The notes: generated by a model not told the origin, from the sequence alone. Numbered from the stretch's first letter, positions 1-12,074 are shown. The stretch: 64,000 nucleotides of DNA from Candidatus Eiseniibacteriota bacterium (GCA_963725865.1 CAVSAC010000012.1:288001-352000), one strand, 5' to 3'. Program-made: numbers and translations.

Positions 1-750
1 ACATGACAACTCATCATCCGTGGTGCCGGCGCTCGATCGAACGCTCACTCACCACGACGCGCGCCTCAATAACCGTCAAGCGCACCGTCACCACGACGTC
101 GCGCGCCGGCCGACGGCCCAAGACGGAGCGAGCCCGCCACCTCGTCGGTGACGGGCTCGTCGTGGACGCAGTCGCCGGGGAGAGGCTCGCGTCCGACAGC
201 GGTTCCGATCAGCTCACTACGATTGCGCGGGTGGTGAGCGTGCGCTCCGGCGTGACGAGGCGGATGAAGTAGAGCCCCGGCCGCACCGCGCCCGCGGCGG
301 CCAGTCGCACGCGATGCTCGCCCGGCGCGAACGCGCTCACGTCCTGCTCGGCGATACGCCGCCCCGCGAGGTCGAACAGCGCCAGCGTGCCGGGCGTGCG
401 ATGCGCCAGCGAGAACGCCACCATCAGATCGCCCGCGACCGGGTTGGGGCGCGCGCCGGCGAGCGCCAGCCGCGCGGCCACCGGCACCGCGAGCCAGGTC
501 TCGTTCGCGGTCACCAGCGCGCCGCGCTCGGCTGAACGCGAGGCGGTAGCCGACGCGCTGGCCGGGCGCGAGCGCCGCATCCTCGAACCGCACGCGGCCG
601 TCGCCGTCGGCGTGCAGTCGCGTACGCTCGGACCACGCGTCGCCGCCGAGCGAGCGCAGCACGATCGCCTCGGTGGCGGGCGCGGCGTCGGTGCTCCAGA
701 TGATGCGCGCGACGCCGGCGTCGATCGAGGCGGAGACCAGCGAGGCGAGG
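1..750. repeat. Near-identical copy of 7300-8050 (intergenic spacer plus 3' end of FG-GAP gene)
   Basis: Direct comparison with offset 7299: both begin acatgacaactcatcatccgtggtgccggcg, and ORFs 3..272 and 7302..7571 are almost identical. Confidence 0.95.
129..159 (-). terminator. Conserved stem-loop just downstream of FG-GAP genes (also 4301-4331 and 7428-7458)
   Basis: Inverted repeat cgagcccgccacc-N5-ggtgacgggctcg follows the stop codons of genes 1, 3 and 4. It has no U-tract, so a terminator or mRNA-stabilising role is inferred. Confidence 0.5.
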
Positions 751-3122
751 ACGGGGGTGACGACATCCCACGGCGTCGCGTTGTACGCGACCCCGACGAA
801 TCCGTGCTTCGAAGCGGTGATCGCGAAGTCCGGGCGCAGATCCTCATCGAAGCGGCCGACCGTGACCGAGGTCAGGTACTCGCCGACGTCAGTTGCGCTC
901 GGCCATCTCGAACGTGCCGTCCCCGCGACTTCGCAACGAGACGAAGATCCCTATCCAGTCGCTATCGATCACCGAGACCAGCGCATCATCGCGACCGTCG
1001 CCATCGAGGTCCGCGATGGCGACATCGGATGCCTCCTGGGCCAAGCTCCGCTCCGAAGTATGCCGACAAGGTCCCATCCCCGTGATTGAGGAGGATCGGC
1101 GTAGGAGCCAATCTCGCCCAGTCCGTTCCCCGCGGAGAGCGAACACGTCCGGACGACCATCGCCGTCGAAGTCGCCGGTCTCGACCGCGAAGGGGTAGGA
1201 GAAAGCGTGGCGCGGGAGCAATGGGATCCAACGGGACGTTGTAGATCGCGACCGAGTCGAACGAGGCTGCGATCGCGAGCACGGACCACTAGCAATTCAT
1301 CCGATGACTAGCCCGGTACCTGGGCGCGACCATGGATCTCGCGAAAGACAAGCAGTTCGTCGCGGCCGTCACCGTCGAGGTCGACCGCGTTCGCGACTTC
1401 GGCGTAGTGAAAGTCTGCCCTCAGGCCACAAACTCGGAGCAAACCCAGTGGGCACCGGAGCTCCAAATCCTCCCATCCCGTCCCCATAAGCGAGCCACAG
1501 TGCCGACGCGCTGTCGCGCGCCACCAGATCCGCCACGTGGTCGCCATCGAAGTCACCGAGCGCGAAGAATGCCATCGTCGTCACGGACGGCCCTTCGGGG
1601 TCGAAGCTGTGCACGGGTCCGCCGCGCCGCACCGCGATGCCGGCGCCGTAGCGGATCAGCAGGTCGTCGAAGTCCGTCGCGGTCCAGATCGCGCACCGCC
1701 AGCAGTTGTCCTTCGCCGAGGCTCTCAGGTGGTGCGAATCCCGCGGCTCCCTGGTTCGTGAACAGGCTGAGTCGGCCAGAGCTGCCGACCACGAGGTCGT
1801 CGAGCAGGCCGCCCAGCCTCACGGCGCGCACGCGCTCGAACTGAGGAGCGCCATAGCTGGGGTGAGGACCGGAGCGCAGATCGATCGGGAGTTCGATGAG
1901 CCCGGCCAGGCGCATCGATGAGCGGCCGTAGAGGACGTTGATGCCTGGCCCAGCGCCGAACCCTTGGCCGGTCACGACCACGTCCAGTCGCCCGTCCACG
2001 TCCAGGTCGGCGACTCGCATCGTCCGGGTGCCGCTGAGCACCTGAAAGCGCTCGCCCGGTCGGAATCGCCAGCCGCCGAGGTTCCGGTGGATGCGCACCA
2101 CGGCGAAGGCGATGTATCAGCGGAGCCGATGGCGCCATCTTCGGCAAGCACGAGATCGGGCCGACCGTCGGCATCGATGTCCGCCACGGCCATGCCGGCC
2201 TCGTCTCGATGCCCTAGGTGCGACGCGGTGTAAGCCGGGACCGAGCCAAACCGGCCCGTACCATCTCCAGCGAACAGCATTCCCCCGGCGTCCGTGCTCA
2301 GCGCGAGGTCCGGGTGGCCGTCGCCGTCGAAGTCCGCGAGCGACAGGTTGTGGGGAACCGCCGGTCAGGCTCGTCGCGACACTCGCCGCGAATGCGCCCC
2401 CGCCGAGGTTCGTCAGGCAAGAGATCGTGGATGCGCCCGTGTCGGCGGTCAGGAGGTCGGGACGGCCATCCCCGGTGGCGTCGTCGGCAATCACCATCTG
2501 TGGGCCGCTGCCGACCGCCCATGCGGTCGGTGCGGCAAAGGTGCCATCTCCCTGATTGAGGAACACGCGGACCAGGTCCTCGTCGTGGCAGGCCACGGCG
2601 AGGTCGAGATCGCCGTCCGCGTCGAGGTCGGCGAGGGCGAGGCCCTGCGGGCCTGCGCCGGCGGCGGTACGCGAGCGCGGGAGCGAACGCGCCGCCGCCG
2701 AGCCCGCGCAGAACGTCGAACTCGCCAGTGTCCAAGAGCGAGCACACGAGGTCCACATGGCCGTCGCCGTCCAGGTCGCCAGCGGCGAGGTCGAACGGTC
2801 TGCCCGTGACATGGATCCCGACGCGGCGCTCCTGATCGTCGAGCGCCTCGTCCATCAGGAGCACGATGGAGTCAGCGTCGCTCAGGGCGGTCGCGAGGTC
2901 CGGCCACGGATCACCATCGAGGTCCGCCACCACGGAGGAGGCTGGGGCACGGTCCATCCGGTGAGGACGCGCGATGTCGAACCGAAGACCATTCGTCCCT
3001 GCAGAGTTCCTCGTGAGCTCGAGTCGTGGCGAAGGCTCAGCTCCTGCCGGACTTGTTGCCCCTGCGGCCGCGGCGTGTGTCACGAGCAGTGCGAGCGCCG
3101 CGACGATCAGTTTGCGCCTCAT
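209..3122 (-). pseudogene. FG-GAP (VCBS) repeat secreted protein with C-terminal Ig + FlgD/T9SS-like tail; several frameshifts (array gene 1)
   Basis: Signal peptide MRRKLIVAALALLVTHAAAA at 3122. Many DxDGDGxxD motifs are spread over ORFs 2298-3218, 2117-2812, 1972-2280, 1553-2101, 1369-1632, 1308-1556, 889-1221, 66-662 and 209-847. Tail ARPNP...LFDLAGRR...GLYFIRL. Confidence 0.85.
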
Positions 3123-3228
3123 GCGAGCCTCTTCTGTGCGATTCGACGAGCGGGCGGACGCTCCCCGGTCACGATTCCCCTTCGATCCGTCCTCCGCTCT
3201 CGGCCTGACGGCGGCCACCGCGATCAGT

Positions 3229-4034
3229 TCACCTCATCACGATCGCGCGCGCCGTGAGCGTGCGCTCGGTCGTGACGAGGCGGATGAAGTAGAGGCCCGG
3301 GCGCACAGCGCCGGCCTCTGCGAGGCGAATGCGATGCTCGCCGGCGGCGAGCGCGCTGACGTCCTGCGCGGCGATACGACGCCCCGCGAGGTCGAACAGC
3401 GCGAGCGTGCCCGGACCGGGTCAGCCGCCAGGTGGATCCTGAAACCCCTACTGAGGTACGTCACCTGGGACGGGACCTCGAACGTGCCGTCGCCGTGGCC
3501 CCAGAGAACCACGAGGCGGGATCCGGCGCGGACCACCGGTTCGTAGGTGATCGCGAGGTCGAGGTGACCATCGCCGTCGAGGTCCGAAGCCAGTTCCTCC
3601 GATGGCCAGTCGATGCTCTCGGAAGTGACGGGTTCGGGGTCGGCAAAGCTGCCGTCGCCCCGACCTCGCAGGAGCAGCACGCCGTGCATGAGGTCGTTGC
3701 GTCCGTCTTCATCGAAGTCTCCCGCCACGATTCGGTTGCTGGGCGCGTCGCTCGCGACGGGGAGGCTGCGGGCGAACTCGTCCGCGTTGTCGCCCAGTAG
3801 GAGGAGGATGCTCGAGGTGGCCGAGATCCCAAGCGACGCGATGTCGGGAAGTCCATCGCCGTCGAAATCGGCGACAGCGACGGCTCGCGTCTCATCGTGG
3901 GGACCGCCGAGCGCCAGTTCGCGTTCGAACGTGATCTCGCCCGGGACGGGAGCGGAACGAGCAGAGCCGGGCGTGGAAGGCAGGGCGGCGGCGAGCATCG
4001 TCGCGACAAGCACGAGCACGGGCACACGCATCAT
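3229..4034 (-). pseudogene. Internally deleted FG-GAP gene (array gene 2)
   Basis: The N-terminus (MMRVPVLVLVATML...IHLAAD) closely matches gene 3. At about 3420 it jumps out of frame into the last part of the C-terminal tail (...TLTARAIVMR*). Confidence 0.85.
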
Positions 4035-4232
4035 GCGGACCCCTTCCCTTGGGGGCGGCGGCCTGGACGGGGCGTTTCGGGGGAAGCCCGTGGGGAATGG
4101 ATGCAATGGCGCTTGGGGAGGGGCAAGGAGCGCGCCACGGCGCGGCAGCGAGCACGAGCGACTCCCAAGTGCACACGACAACTCATCATCCGTGGTGCGG
4201 TCGCTCGATCGAGCGATCACTCACCACGACGT
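3421..4232. repeat. Highly similar copy of 6540-7360 (promoter plus 5' part of FG-GAP gene)
   Basis: tcagccgccaggtggatc... at 3421 and 6540. Shared peptide TSSILLLLGDN...DLMHGVLLLRGRGDGSFADPE. Confidence 0.92.
4123..4137 (-). promoter_or_regulatory. Sigma-54 (-24/-12) promoter
   Basis: Minus strand TGGCGCGCTCCTTGC fits TGGCACG-N4-TTGC with exact spacing, about 90 nt upstream of the ATG at 4034. Confidence 0.75.
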
Positions 4233-4351
4233 GCTCCGCAGGAACCGTAAAGCGCGCCGTCACTGTGCCGTGGCTCCATGGTCCACGGCCCTCGACCGAG
4301 CGAGCCCGCCACCTCATCAGTGACGGGCTCGTCGTGGGCGTATCGCCTGGA

Positions 4352-7159
4352 TCAGTTCATGACGATCGCGCGCGACGTGAGCGTGCGCTCCGGTGTCACG
4401 AGGCGGATGAAGTAGAGCCCCGGGCGCACCGCGCCCGCGGCGGCCAGCCGCACGCGATGCTCGCCCGGCCCGAACGCGCTCACGTCCTGCTCGGCGACGC
4501 GGCGGCCCGCGAGGTCGAACAGCGCGAGGGTGCCGGGCGTACGCCGGGCAGGGAGAAGACCACCATCAACTCACCCGCGACCGGGTTGGGGCGCGCGCCC
4601 GCCAGCGCCAGCCGCGCGGCCACCGGGACCGCGAGCCAGGTCTCGCTCGCGGTCACCAGCGCGCCGCGCTCGGCGAACGCGAGGCGGTAGCCGACGCGCT
4701 GGCCGGGCGCCAAGCCCGCGTCGTCGAACCGCACGCGGCCGTCGCCGTCCGGATGCAGCCGCGCGCGCTCGGACCACGCGGCGCCGTCGAGCGAGCGCAG
4801 CACGATCGCCTCGGTGGCGGGCGCGGCGTCGGTGCTCCAGGTGATGCGGGCGACGCCGGCATCGATGGAGGCGGAGACGAGCGAGGCGAGCACCGGCGTG
4901 ACGACGCCAGGGACGCTGATGTTGTGGAAGACAAGAAGGTTGACCGGGTTGAAGGCGGGGACGGCGATGTCCAGGCGATTGTCGGCGTCGAATCGGCCGA
5001 TCGCGATCTGCGAGAATCCCGATCGGGTCTCCGGTGCGAACACGCGAGCGTCAAAGGTACCGTCACCGTTCCCGCGGAACAGCCTGAGGACTCCGAACGT
5101 GCCGCTGTAGAGCGAGCTCACGGCGACATCGACGACCCCGTCGCCATCCAGGTCGCCGACCCCCATGCTCATAGCGTCGACGCTGAGGTGGTACCTGGCA
5201 AGTGGGCTGAAGGAGCCGATCCCATCGTTTGCGAGGATAGTGAGGTAACCACTCCCATATTCCCAACGCCGGAGCACGATCGCATCGGAATCTCCGTCGC
5301 CGTCAAGATCCGCGAATGCCAACTGGCCAGGTCCGGCCGCCCATCTGCCGACGTCGGTGTTGTACTCGAGCGCTTGCCCGGTCCGCATGGGAGCGTGCCC
5401 GTTCGAGTGGAAGATCCAGAGCGAGTCCCCGCCCTCCGGGAAAGCCGTGATGGCAAGATCTCCGAGGCCATCACCATCAAGGTCTGCGATCGCCGCCGGG
5501 ACCACCGCATAGCCCGCAGATGCGGGCAGCGTCCCGACCGGCAGTGGCGGAGCGAAGCCCCCGGACCCGTCGCCGCTCAGCAGGGAAATGGCTCCCGATG
5601 GCTCGCTCACCAAAAGGTCGGCACCGGGTCCGCCATCCACATCGCCCGCCGCGAGCACGGTGCCCGCACCGACGACGCTCGGTGCTGCGAGCCCCAGAAC
5701 CGGATCGCCGCGACGCACTTCGATTCCGGTGGCTGCCTGGATCACGAGATCATCGAGTCCATCTCGATCGAGGTCGATCACCGCGGCGAGCGCGCCCTCT
5801 CCTAGTGCGGTGGGCGAACCGAATCCGCTGACCCCGAGATTGTGGACCAGGTAGAGCGAGCCGCCGAAGGCCTGGATGAGATCTGCGCGTCCGTCCGCGC
5901 GCAGTCGGATGGCGGTGAGCTCGCCGGCATTGCGGCTATCGTTGACGCCGAACGGCAGGCACTCGAGGGTCCCCGCGAGACGCATCCCCGACCGACCGAA
6001 CAGGACCGCCAGCCCGTAGTATTCGCTCAGGTTGTCGCCAGAGACGAACATGTGGGGAAAGGCCACGACATCTTGGAGGCCGTCCACGTCAAGGTCCGCC
6101 ACCACGAGCCCCGGTCGATTGTGTGCAGTGAATCCGATCAGATACCGGCCCGCCTCGTCGAATCCCTGGCCCTCGCGGTTTCTGACAACCCTGACCGCCG
6201 CCCCATCTTGAAAGACGATGTCGTTCCATCCATCAAGGTCGAGATCGGGCGTGGCCACGGCCTCCCCGCGCGCCGGCAACATGCTCGGTACCGGATCGAA
6301 GGCGCCGGTTCCATCTCCCGCATGCACTCTGTCGTACACCACGATGTCGAGGTGTCCATCGTGGTCGAGATCGGCGACCGAGAGGGCGTGCGTGTAGCCC
6401 TCGGTGACGGTCCGAATCGCGCGTTCCGAACGCTCGGCTCCCGAGGCTCGGGAATACGACCAGCGAGTCGCTGCGCACGCCCGGGCCAAGGTAGACGGAG
6501 CTGCCGCCCACGAGGTCGAGCATTCCATCCTCGGTGAGGTCAGCCGCCAGGTGGATCTTGAAACCCCGACTGAGGTACGTCACCTGGGACGGGGCCTCGA
6601 ACGTGCCGTCGCCATGCCCCCACAGAACCACGAGTCGGGATCCCGTGTTGATCACCGGTTCGTAGGTGATCGCGAGGTCGAGGTGACCATCGCCGTCGAG
6701 GTCCGAAGCCAGCTCCTCCGATGGCCATTCGATGCTCTCGGAACTGACGGCTTCGGGGTCGGCAAAGCTGCCGTCGCCCCGACCTCGCAGGAGCAGCACA
6801 CCGTGCATGAGGTCGTTGTGTCCGTCTTCATCGAAGTCGCCCGCCACGATTCGGTCGCTGGGCGCGTCGCTCGCGACGGGGAGGCTGCGGGCGAACTCGT
6901 GCTCGTTGTCGCCCAGTAGGAGGAGGATGCTCGAGGTGGCCGAGCCCCCGAGCGAAGCGATATCGAGAAGTCCATCTTCGTTGAAATCGGCGACTGCGGC
7001 GGCTCGCGTCTCGGGAGCCCGACTGCCACCGCTGAGGGCCAATTCGCGTTCGAGCGTGATCTCGCCCGGGACAGGGTCGGAACGAGCGGAGCCGGGCATT
7101 GAAGGCAGGGCGGCGGCAAGCACCGTCGCGGCGAGAACGAGAGCAGGTACCCGCATCAT
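4352..7159 (-). CDS. FG-GAP repeat secreted protein with Ig + FlgD/T9SS-like tail (array gene 3; frameshifts near 6420 and 4540)
   Basis: Signal peptide MMRVPALVLAATVLAAA. ORFs 6233-7303 and 4480-6528 carry many DLDGDG motifs. Ends ARAIVMN*. Confidence 0.85.
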
Positions 7160-7249
7160 GCGGACCTCTTCCCTTGGGGGCGGCGGCGGCCGACGGGGCG
7201 TTTCGGGGGGAAGCCCGTCGGGAATGGATGCAATGGCGCTTGGGGAGGG

Positions 7250-7264
7250 GCAAGGAGCGCGCCA
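7250..7264 (-). promoter_or_regulatory. Sigma-54 (-24/-12) promoter
   Basis: Identical TGGCGCGCTCCTTGC about 90 nt upstream of the ATG at 7159. Confidence 0.75.
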
Positions 7265-7507
7265 CGGCGCGGCGGCGAGCACGAGCGACTCCCAAGTGCA
7301 CATGACAACTCATCATCCGTGGTGCCGGCGCTCGATCGAACGCTCACTCACCACGACGCGCGCCTCAATAACCGTCAAGCGCACCGTCACCACGACGTCG
7401 CGCGCCGGCCGACGGCCCAAGACGGAGCGAGCCCGCCACCTCGTCGGTGACGGGCTCGTCGTGGACGCAGTCGCCGGGGAGAGGCTCGCGTCCGACCGCG
7501 GTTCCGA

Positions 7508-10505
7508 TCAGCTCACCACGATTGCGCGGGTGGTGAGCGTGCGCTCCGGCGTGACGAGGCGGATGAAGTAGAGCCCCGGCCGCACCGCGCCCGCGGCGGC
7601 CAGTCGCACGCGATGCTCGCCCGGCGCGAACGCGCTCACGTCCTGCTCGGCGATACGCCGCCCCGCGAGGTCGAACAGCGCCAGCGTGCCGGGCGTGCGA
7701 TGCGCCAGCGAGAACGCCACCATCAGATCGCCCGCGACCGGGTTGGGGCGCGCGCCGGCGAGCGCCAGCCGCGCGGCCACCGGCACCGCGAGCCAGGTCT
7801 CGCTGGCAGTCACCAGCGCGCCGCGCTCGGTGAACGCGAGGCGATAGCCGACCCGCTGGCCGGGCGCGAGCGCCGCATCCTCGAACCGCACGCGGCCGTC
7901 GCCGTCGGGATGGAGCCGCGCGCGCTCGGACCACGCGGCGCCATCGAGCGAGCGCAGCACGATGGCCTCGGCGGCGGGCGCGGCGTCGGTGCTCCAGGTG
8001 ATGCGCGCGACGCCGGCGTCGATCGAGGCGGAGACGAGCGAGGCCAGCACCGGCGTCGAGCGATCGGGCCAGGGTGTGGCGTTGAGGACGACATTCACGG
8101 TCATGTCCCGTCCCGCGGTGACGGCGATGTCGGCGTGAGAGTCCTCGTCGAATCGCCCGACGGTGATCGACGTGAGGTAGTCGCCGACGTCGTCCCGCCT
8201 GCCCTTCGCGAACGTGCCGTCGCCGCGGCTCACGAGCCAGTCGAGCCGACCGGTATCGTCACTGTAGATCACGCTCATCACCACGTCGTCACGCAGGTCG
8301 CCATCGAGGTCCACGATGGCCGCCTCGGACAACTCGCGGCCCGACCAGTCGGCCGCCGTGACCTGGAGTGTGCCGGCGCCCTGCTGATTGAGAAACGCCG
8401 CGTAGCTCCCCTGGCTGCAGCACGCCGACGGGGCGTTGCGCACCGCGAGCAGGTCCGGCCATCCGTCGCCATTGAAATCGGCGGGCAGGATCTGATTCGG
8501 CAGATCACCGTAGAACGCGCTGGAGGTCGGCCAGGGCACGGGGTAGCTCGCGACGGGCAGCAACGAAGTCCCGGGAGCGACGTGATAGACATCGAGCGTG
8601 TCCGGTTGGTGCTCACCGCCAATGTCGGGAGCCGACGAGGCGCGCTGCCGGAACACCAGCAGTTCGTCGAGCCCGTCGTGGTCGAGATCCGCGCTGTTGC
8701 AGACGCGCTGGCTCAGCCCGCTGATCGGATCCGAGGGAATGTACGCCTGGGTCGTGACCGGCGACTGGAACACGGCGGCTCCCGAGGCCGCGCGCCAGGT
8801 AGAGAATCCCGGTCGCGTCGCGCACGATCAGGTCCGGGAGCGCGTCTCCGGTGAACTCTCCCGCGGCGAGGAACACGTAACCTGTCATCGACCAGCCTGC
8901 CGGTGTGAAGGCGTGTCCACCGGTTCCGCGGAGCACGCTCAGCGCGTCGCCGTTACTCACCAGCACGTCGTCGAAGCCGTCGCGGTCGAGGTCGCGCACG
9001 AGCGCGATGGTGCCCGGGCCCTGATCCACCGCGGGCGCGAATCCGCGCACACCCTGGTTGACCATCAACTGCACGTGCCCGCCGATCACCGCGACCAGGT
9101 CGTCCACCGAACCGCCGAGCCGCGCCGCCCGGGCTCTGCCGACCCCGGGCGTGCCGTACTCGGTGAGACTGCGCAGGCGATGATCCGGACGCTGGATCAG
9201 TACGGAGATGTACGGGCGGGGATCGGTGTATCCCGCGCCCGCGCCGCAGGCGACGATGTCGGGAAGGCCGTCGTGGTCGATGTCCCCGACGCTCACCGAC
9301 TGGAGGTTGGCAACCGAGCGATAGCTCGGGCCCTTCTCGAATGCGCCGCCGCCGAGCCCGCGGAACACGTGCACCGCCCCGAAGTAGGCGAAGGCTCCGG
9401 GGCCGCGAACACCCGATTCCCCGGTGATCACGTCCAGCCGGCCGTCGCCGTCGAGGTCCGCGATCGCGACGCCACCATCCTGGGGACAGGACCTGGTCGA
9501 GAGCACCGGGCCGGCGCCGAACCCGCCCGCTCCATCACCCCACATCACCGCGCTGCCCGCGTCGGTGCTCACCGCGATGTCGACGTGTCCGTCCGCATCG
9601 AGGTCGCCCGCCGCGATCCCGAATGGCCTGCCGATCAGTGGCGACGTCACGGGCGCGGCGAACCCGCCGCCGAGGTTCACCAGGCACGAGAGGGTGGCGG
9701 CGGCCTGGTTCATGCTGATCAGGTCGGGGCGGCCGTCGCCCGTGACGTCGGCGGCGATCACCAGGGCGGGCTGTCGCCCGACGGGATACGCGGCGCTCGG
9801 GGCGAAAGCGCCGCTGCCGTCGCCGAGGAACACGCGCAAGGTGCTGTCGTCGGCGCACGCAACCGCGATGTCGAGATCGCCGTCGGCGTCGAGATCGGCG
9901 AGCGCGAGGCCGCGAGTCCCGGGTCCGGCCGCGAAGGTCGACGGCGCGGCGAAGGAGCCGTTGCCGAGTCCGCGCAGAACGGCCAGCTGATCGCTGCTCC
10001 AGGTCGAGCACACCAGGTCGAGTCGGCCGTCGGCATCCACGTCTCCCAGCGCAAGCGCGAATGCGAGGCCCGGCAGCTTGGCGCCGATCCGCCGTTCGGT
10101 GGCGTCGGCCGCCTCGTCCAGAAAGACGAGCACCGAGTCGGACGCCGGCGAGGTGCTCACGACCTCGGGGTAGGCGTCGCCGTCGAGATCCGCGATCAGC
10201 GCGAAGAGCGCCGGAAGCGGGTAGTGGGAGTCGCCCAATGCGCGGAGCTGCCGCGGCATGTCGAGGCGGATGTGGGTCGAAGCGGTGTCGACCATCCAGG
10301 TCGCGCCGTTCGGCTGCTCGGGCCGCGCCCGCGCCGACTGGGCCCGCGCCCATCGGGCTTCGAGCGTGTCGCGCGGCACCTTGCCGGTGAGCAGCGGCGC
10401 CGCGTCGTAGATCCAATCCGTGGAAGGAAGCCGGCTCGGCACGGACGCAGTCGCGGCCTCCGCGATGAGCAGGAACAGACCCGCAAGGGCCAAGGTACGC
10501 ATCAT
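7508..10505 (-). CDS. FG-GAP repeat secreted protein with Ig + FlgD/T9SS-like tail (array gene 4; frameshift near 8775)
   Basis: Signal peptide MMRTLALAGLFLLIAEAATA. ORFs 8613-10688 and 7508-8773 carry more than 10 FG-GAP motifs. Confidence 0.87.
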
Positions 10506-10602
10506 GCGAACCTCGAGCTGCAGAGAAGGAAGGGGGGAGAATCGCGTTTGGAAGCTTCGGCCGACCACGGGCCCGATCAGGCACACGCTCACTTGGGGAG
10601 GG

Positions 10603-10617
10603 GCAAGGAGCGCGCCA
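10603..10617 (-). promoter_or_regulatory. Sigma-54 (-24/-12) promoter
   Basis: Identical TGGCGCGCTCCTTGC, conserved although most of the flanking DNA differs from the other two copies; about 100 nt upstream of the ATG at 10505. Confidence 0.78.
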
Positions 10618-10907
10618 CCGTGCTCCGTGGTGCCGGCTTGCCACCCAGGCGCGCGCGGGCGACTGGTTTGCACCCGCTGTCGCCGCACGCCGGCTCCGGC
10701 CGGCCAGCGCCGACCTCCGAAGAAGCGTCAACTGCCCCGACACTCTTGGCCTTCGCGCCGGGCCGGCCTTTCTGCTAGAGATACCCGGTCCCGCGTGCTG
10801 CGTTCTCCTCGACCCCCCGGTCTCGCACGCGACGGGCCCGTGCTCACGATGGGTGCGGGGGGTTTGGGGTGGCCCTTGAGGCCCAGAGCGAGGCGGTGGA
10901 GAACGCG

Positions 10908-12074
10908 ATGCCTTTGACCGAAGAGCAGCAGACCATTCGCGACCTGGCGCGCACGATCGCCGAGGAGAAGGTCAAGCCGATCCGGGCGAAGTACGACGAG
11001 GAGAACATCTTTCCCTGGGACATCGTCGAGGCGCTGGCGAAGGTCGATCTGTTCCGGGTGTTCATCCCCACCGCCTACGACGGTCTCGTCGACGAGGGCT
11101 ACGGCATCACCAACATGTGCCTGGTGACCGAGGAGCTCTCCAAGGCGTGCGCCGGTGTCGCGCTGGCGTTCGCGGGCACCGCGCTCGGCACGTTCCCCAT
11201 CCTGCTGCACGGCTCCGAGGAGCAGAAGAAGAAGTACCTGCCGGTGATCGCCTCGGGCAAGAAGCTCGCCGCGTTCGGCCTGACCGAGCCGATGGCCGGC
11301 TCCGACGCCAGCGCGCAGCGCACCACCGCGCGGCGCGAGGGCGACGAGTACGTGCTCAACGGCACCAAGGTGTTCATCACCAACGGCGGCGAGGCCGACA
11401 TCTACACCACCGTGGCGCTCACCAATCCCGAGAAGGGCGCGCGCGGCGCGTCGTGCTTCATCATCGAGAAGGGCACGCCCGGGTTCACGTTCGGCAAGAA
11501 GGAGACGAAGATGGGCATCCACGCGTCGGTGACGCGCGAGCTCATCTTCGACGGCGCGCGCGTGCCCAAGGAGAACCTGCTCGGCAAGGAGGGCATGGGC
11601 TTCGTGGTCGCGATGAAGACGTTCGACATCTCGCGGCCCGGGGTCGGCGCGCAGGCGCTCGGCATCGCCGAGGGCGCGCTCGAGGAGACGCTCAAGTACG
11701 CCCACACGCGCCACCAGTTCGGCCAGAGCATCATGAACTTCCAGGGCCTGCAGTGGATGCTCTCGGACATGGCGATGCAGATCGAGGCCGCCAAGGCGCT
11801 GATCTACTCGCTCGCCGAGCGCATCGACCGCGGCGACACCAAGGACATCGGCCACCTGAGCGCGATGTGCAAGGTGATGGCGAGCGACGTGGCGATGAAG
11901 GTCACGACCGACGCCGTGCAGATCTTCGGCGGCTACGGCTACATGACCGACTACCCGGTCGAGAAGATGATGCGCGACGCCAAGATCACGCAGATCTACG
12001 AGGGCACCAACCAGATCCAGCGCAACGTCATCGGCTCGTGGCTGGTGAAGGAGGCGGCGAGGCTGGCGGGGTAG
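10908..12074 (+). CDS. Acyl-CoA dehydrogenase (butyryl-CoA DH-like)
   Basis: Motifs AFGLTEPMAGSD, LNGTKVFITNG, QIFGGYGY, RDAKITQIYEGTNQIQR. Confidence 0.95.
   Translation: MPLTEEQQTIRDLARTIAEEKVKPIRAKYDEENIFPWDIVEALAKVDLFRVFIPTAYDGLVDEGYGITNMCLVTEELSKACAGVALAFAGTALGTFPILLHGSEEQKKKYLPVIASGKKLAAFGLTEPMAGSDASAQRTTARREGDEYVLNGTKVFITNGGEADIYTTVALTNPEKGARGASCFIIEKGTPGFTFGKKETKMGIHASVTRELIFDGARVPKENLLGKEGMGFVVAMKTFDISRPGVGAQALGIAEGALEETLKYAHTRHQFGQSIMNFQGLQWMLSDMAMQIEAAKALIYSLAERIDRGDTKDIGHLSAMCKVMASDVAMKVTTDAVQIFGGYGYMTDYPVEKMMRDAKITQIYEGTNQIQRNVIGSWLVKEAARLAG

Noticed and set aside
4301..4331. CTGATGAG on the minus strand, resembling a hammerhead ribozyme core
   Set aside because: There is no downstream stem II-GAAA, the motif lies in a simple hairpin loop, and the other two copies read CCGACGAG.
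1..10505. Diversity-generating retroelement explaining the repeated gene ends
   Set aside because: No reverse transcriptase is in the window, the differences between copies do not look adenine-specific, and the repeats are gene-scale.
10628..10641. Possible plus-strand sigma-54 site TGGTGCCGGCTTGC
   Set aside because: The GG-to-GC spacing is one base too short for RpoN.
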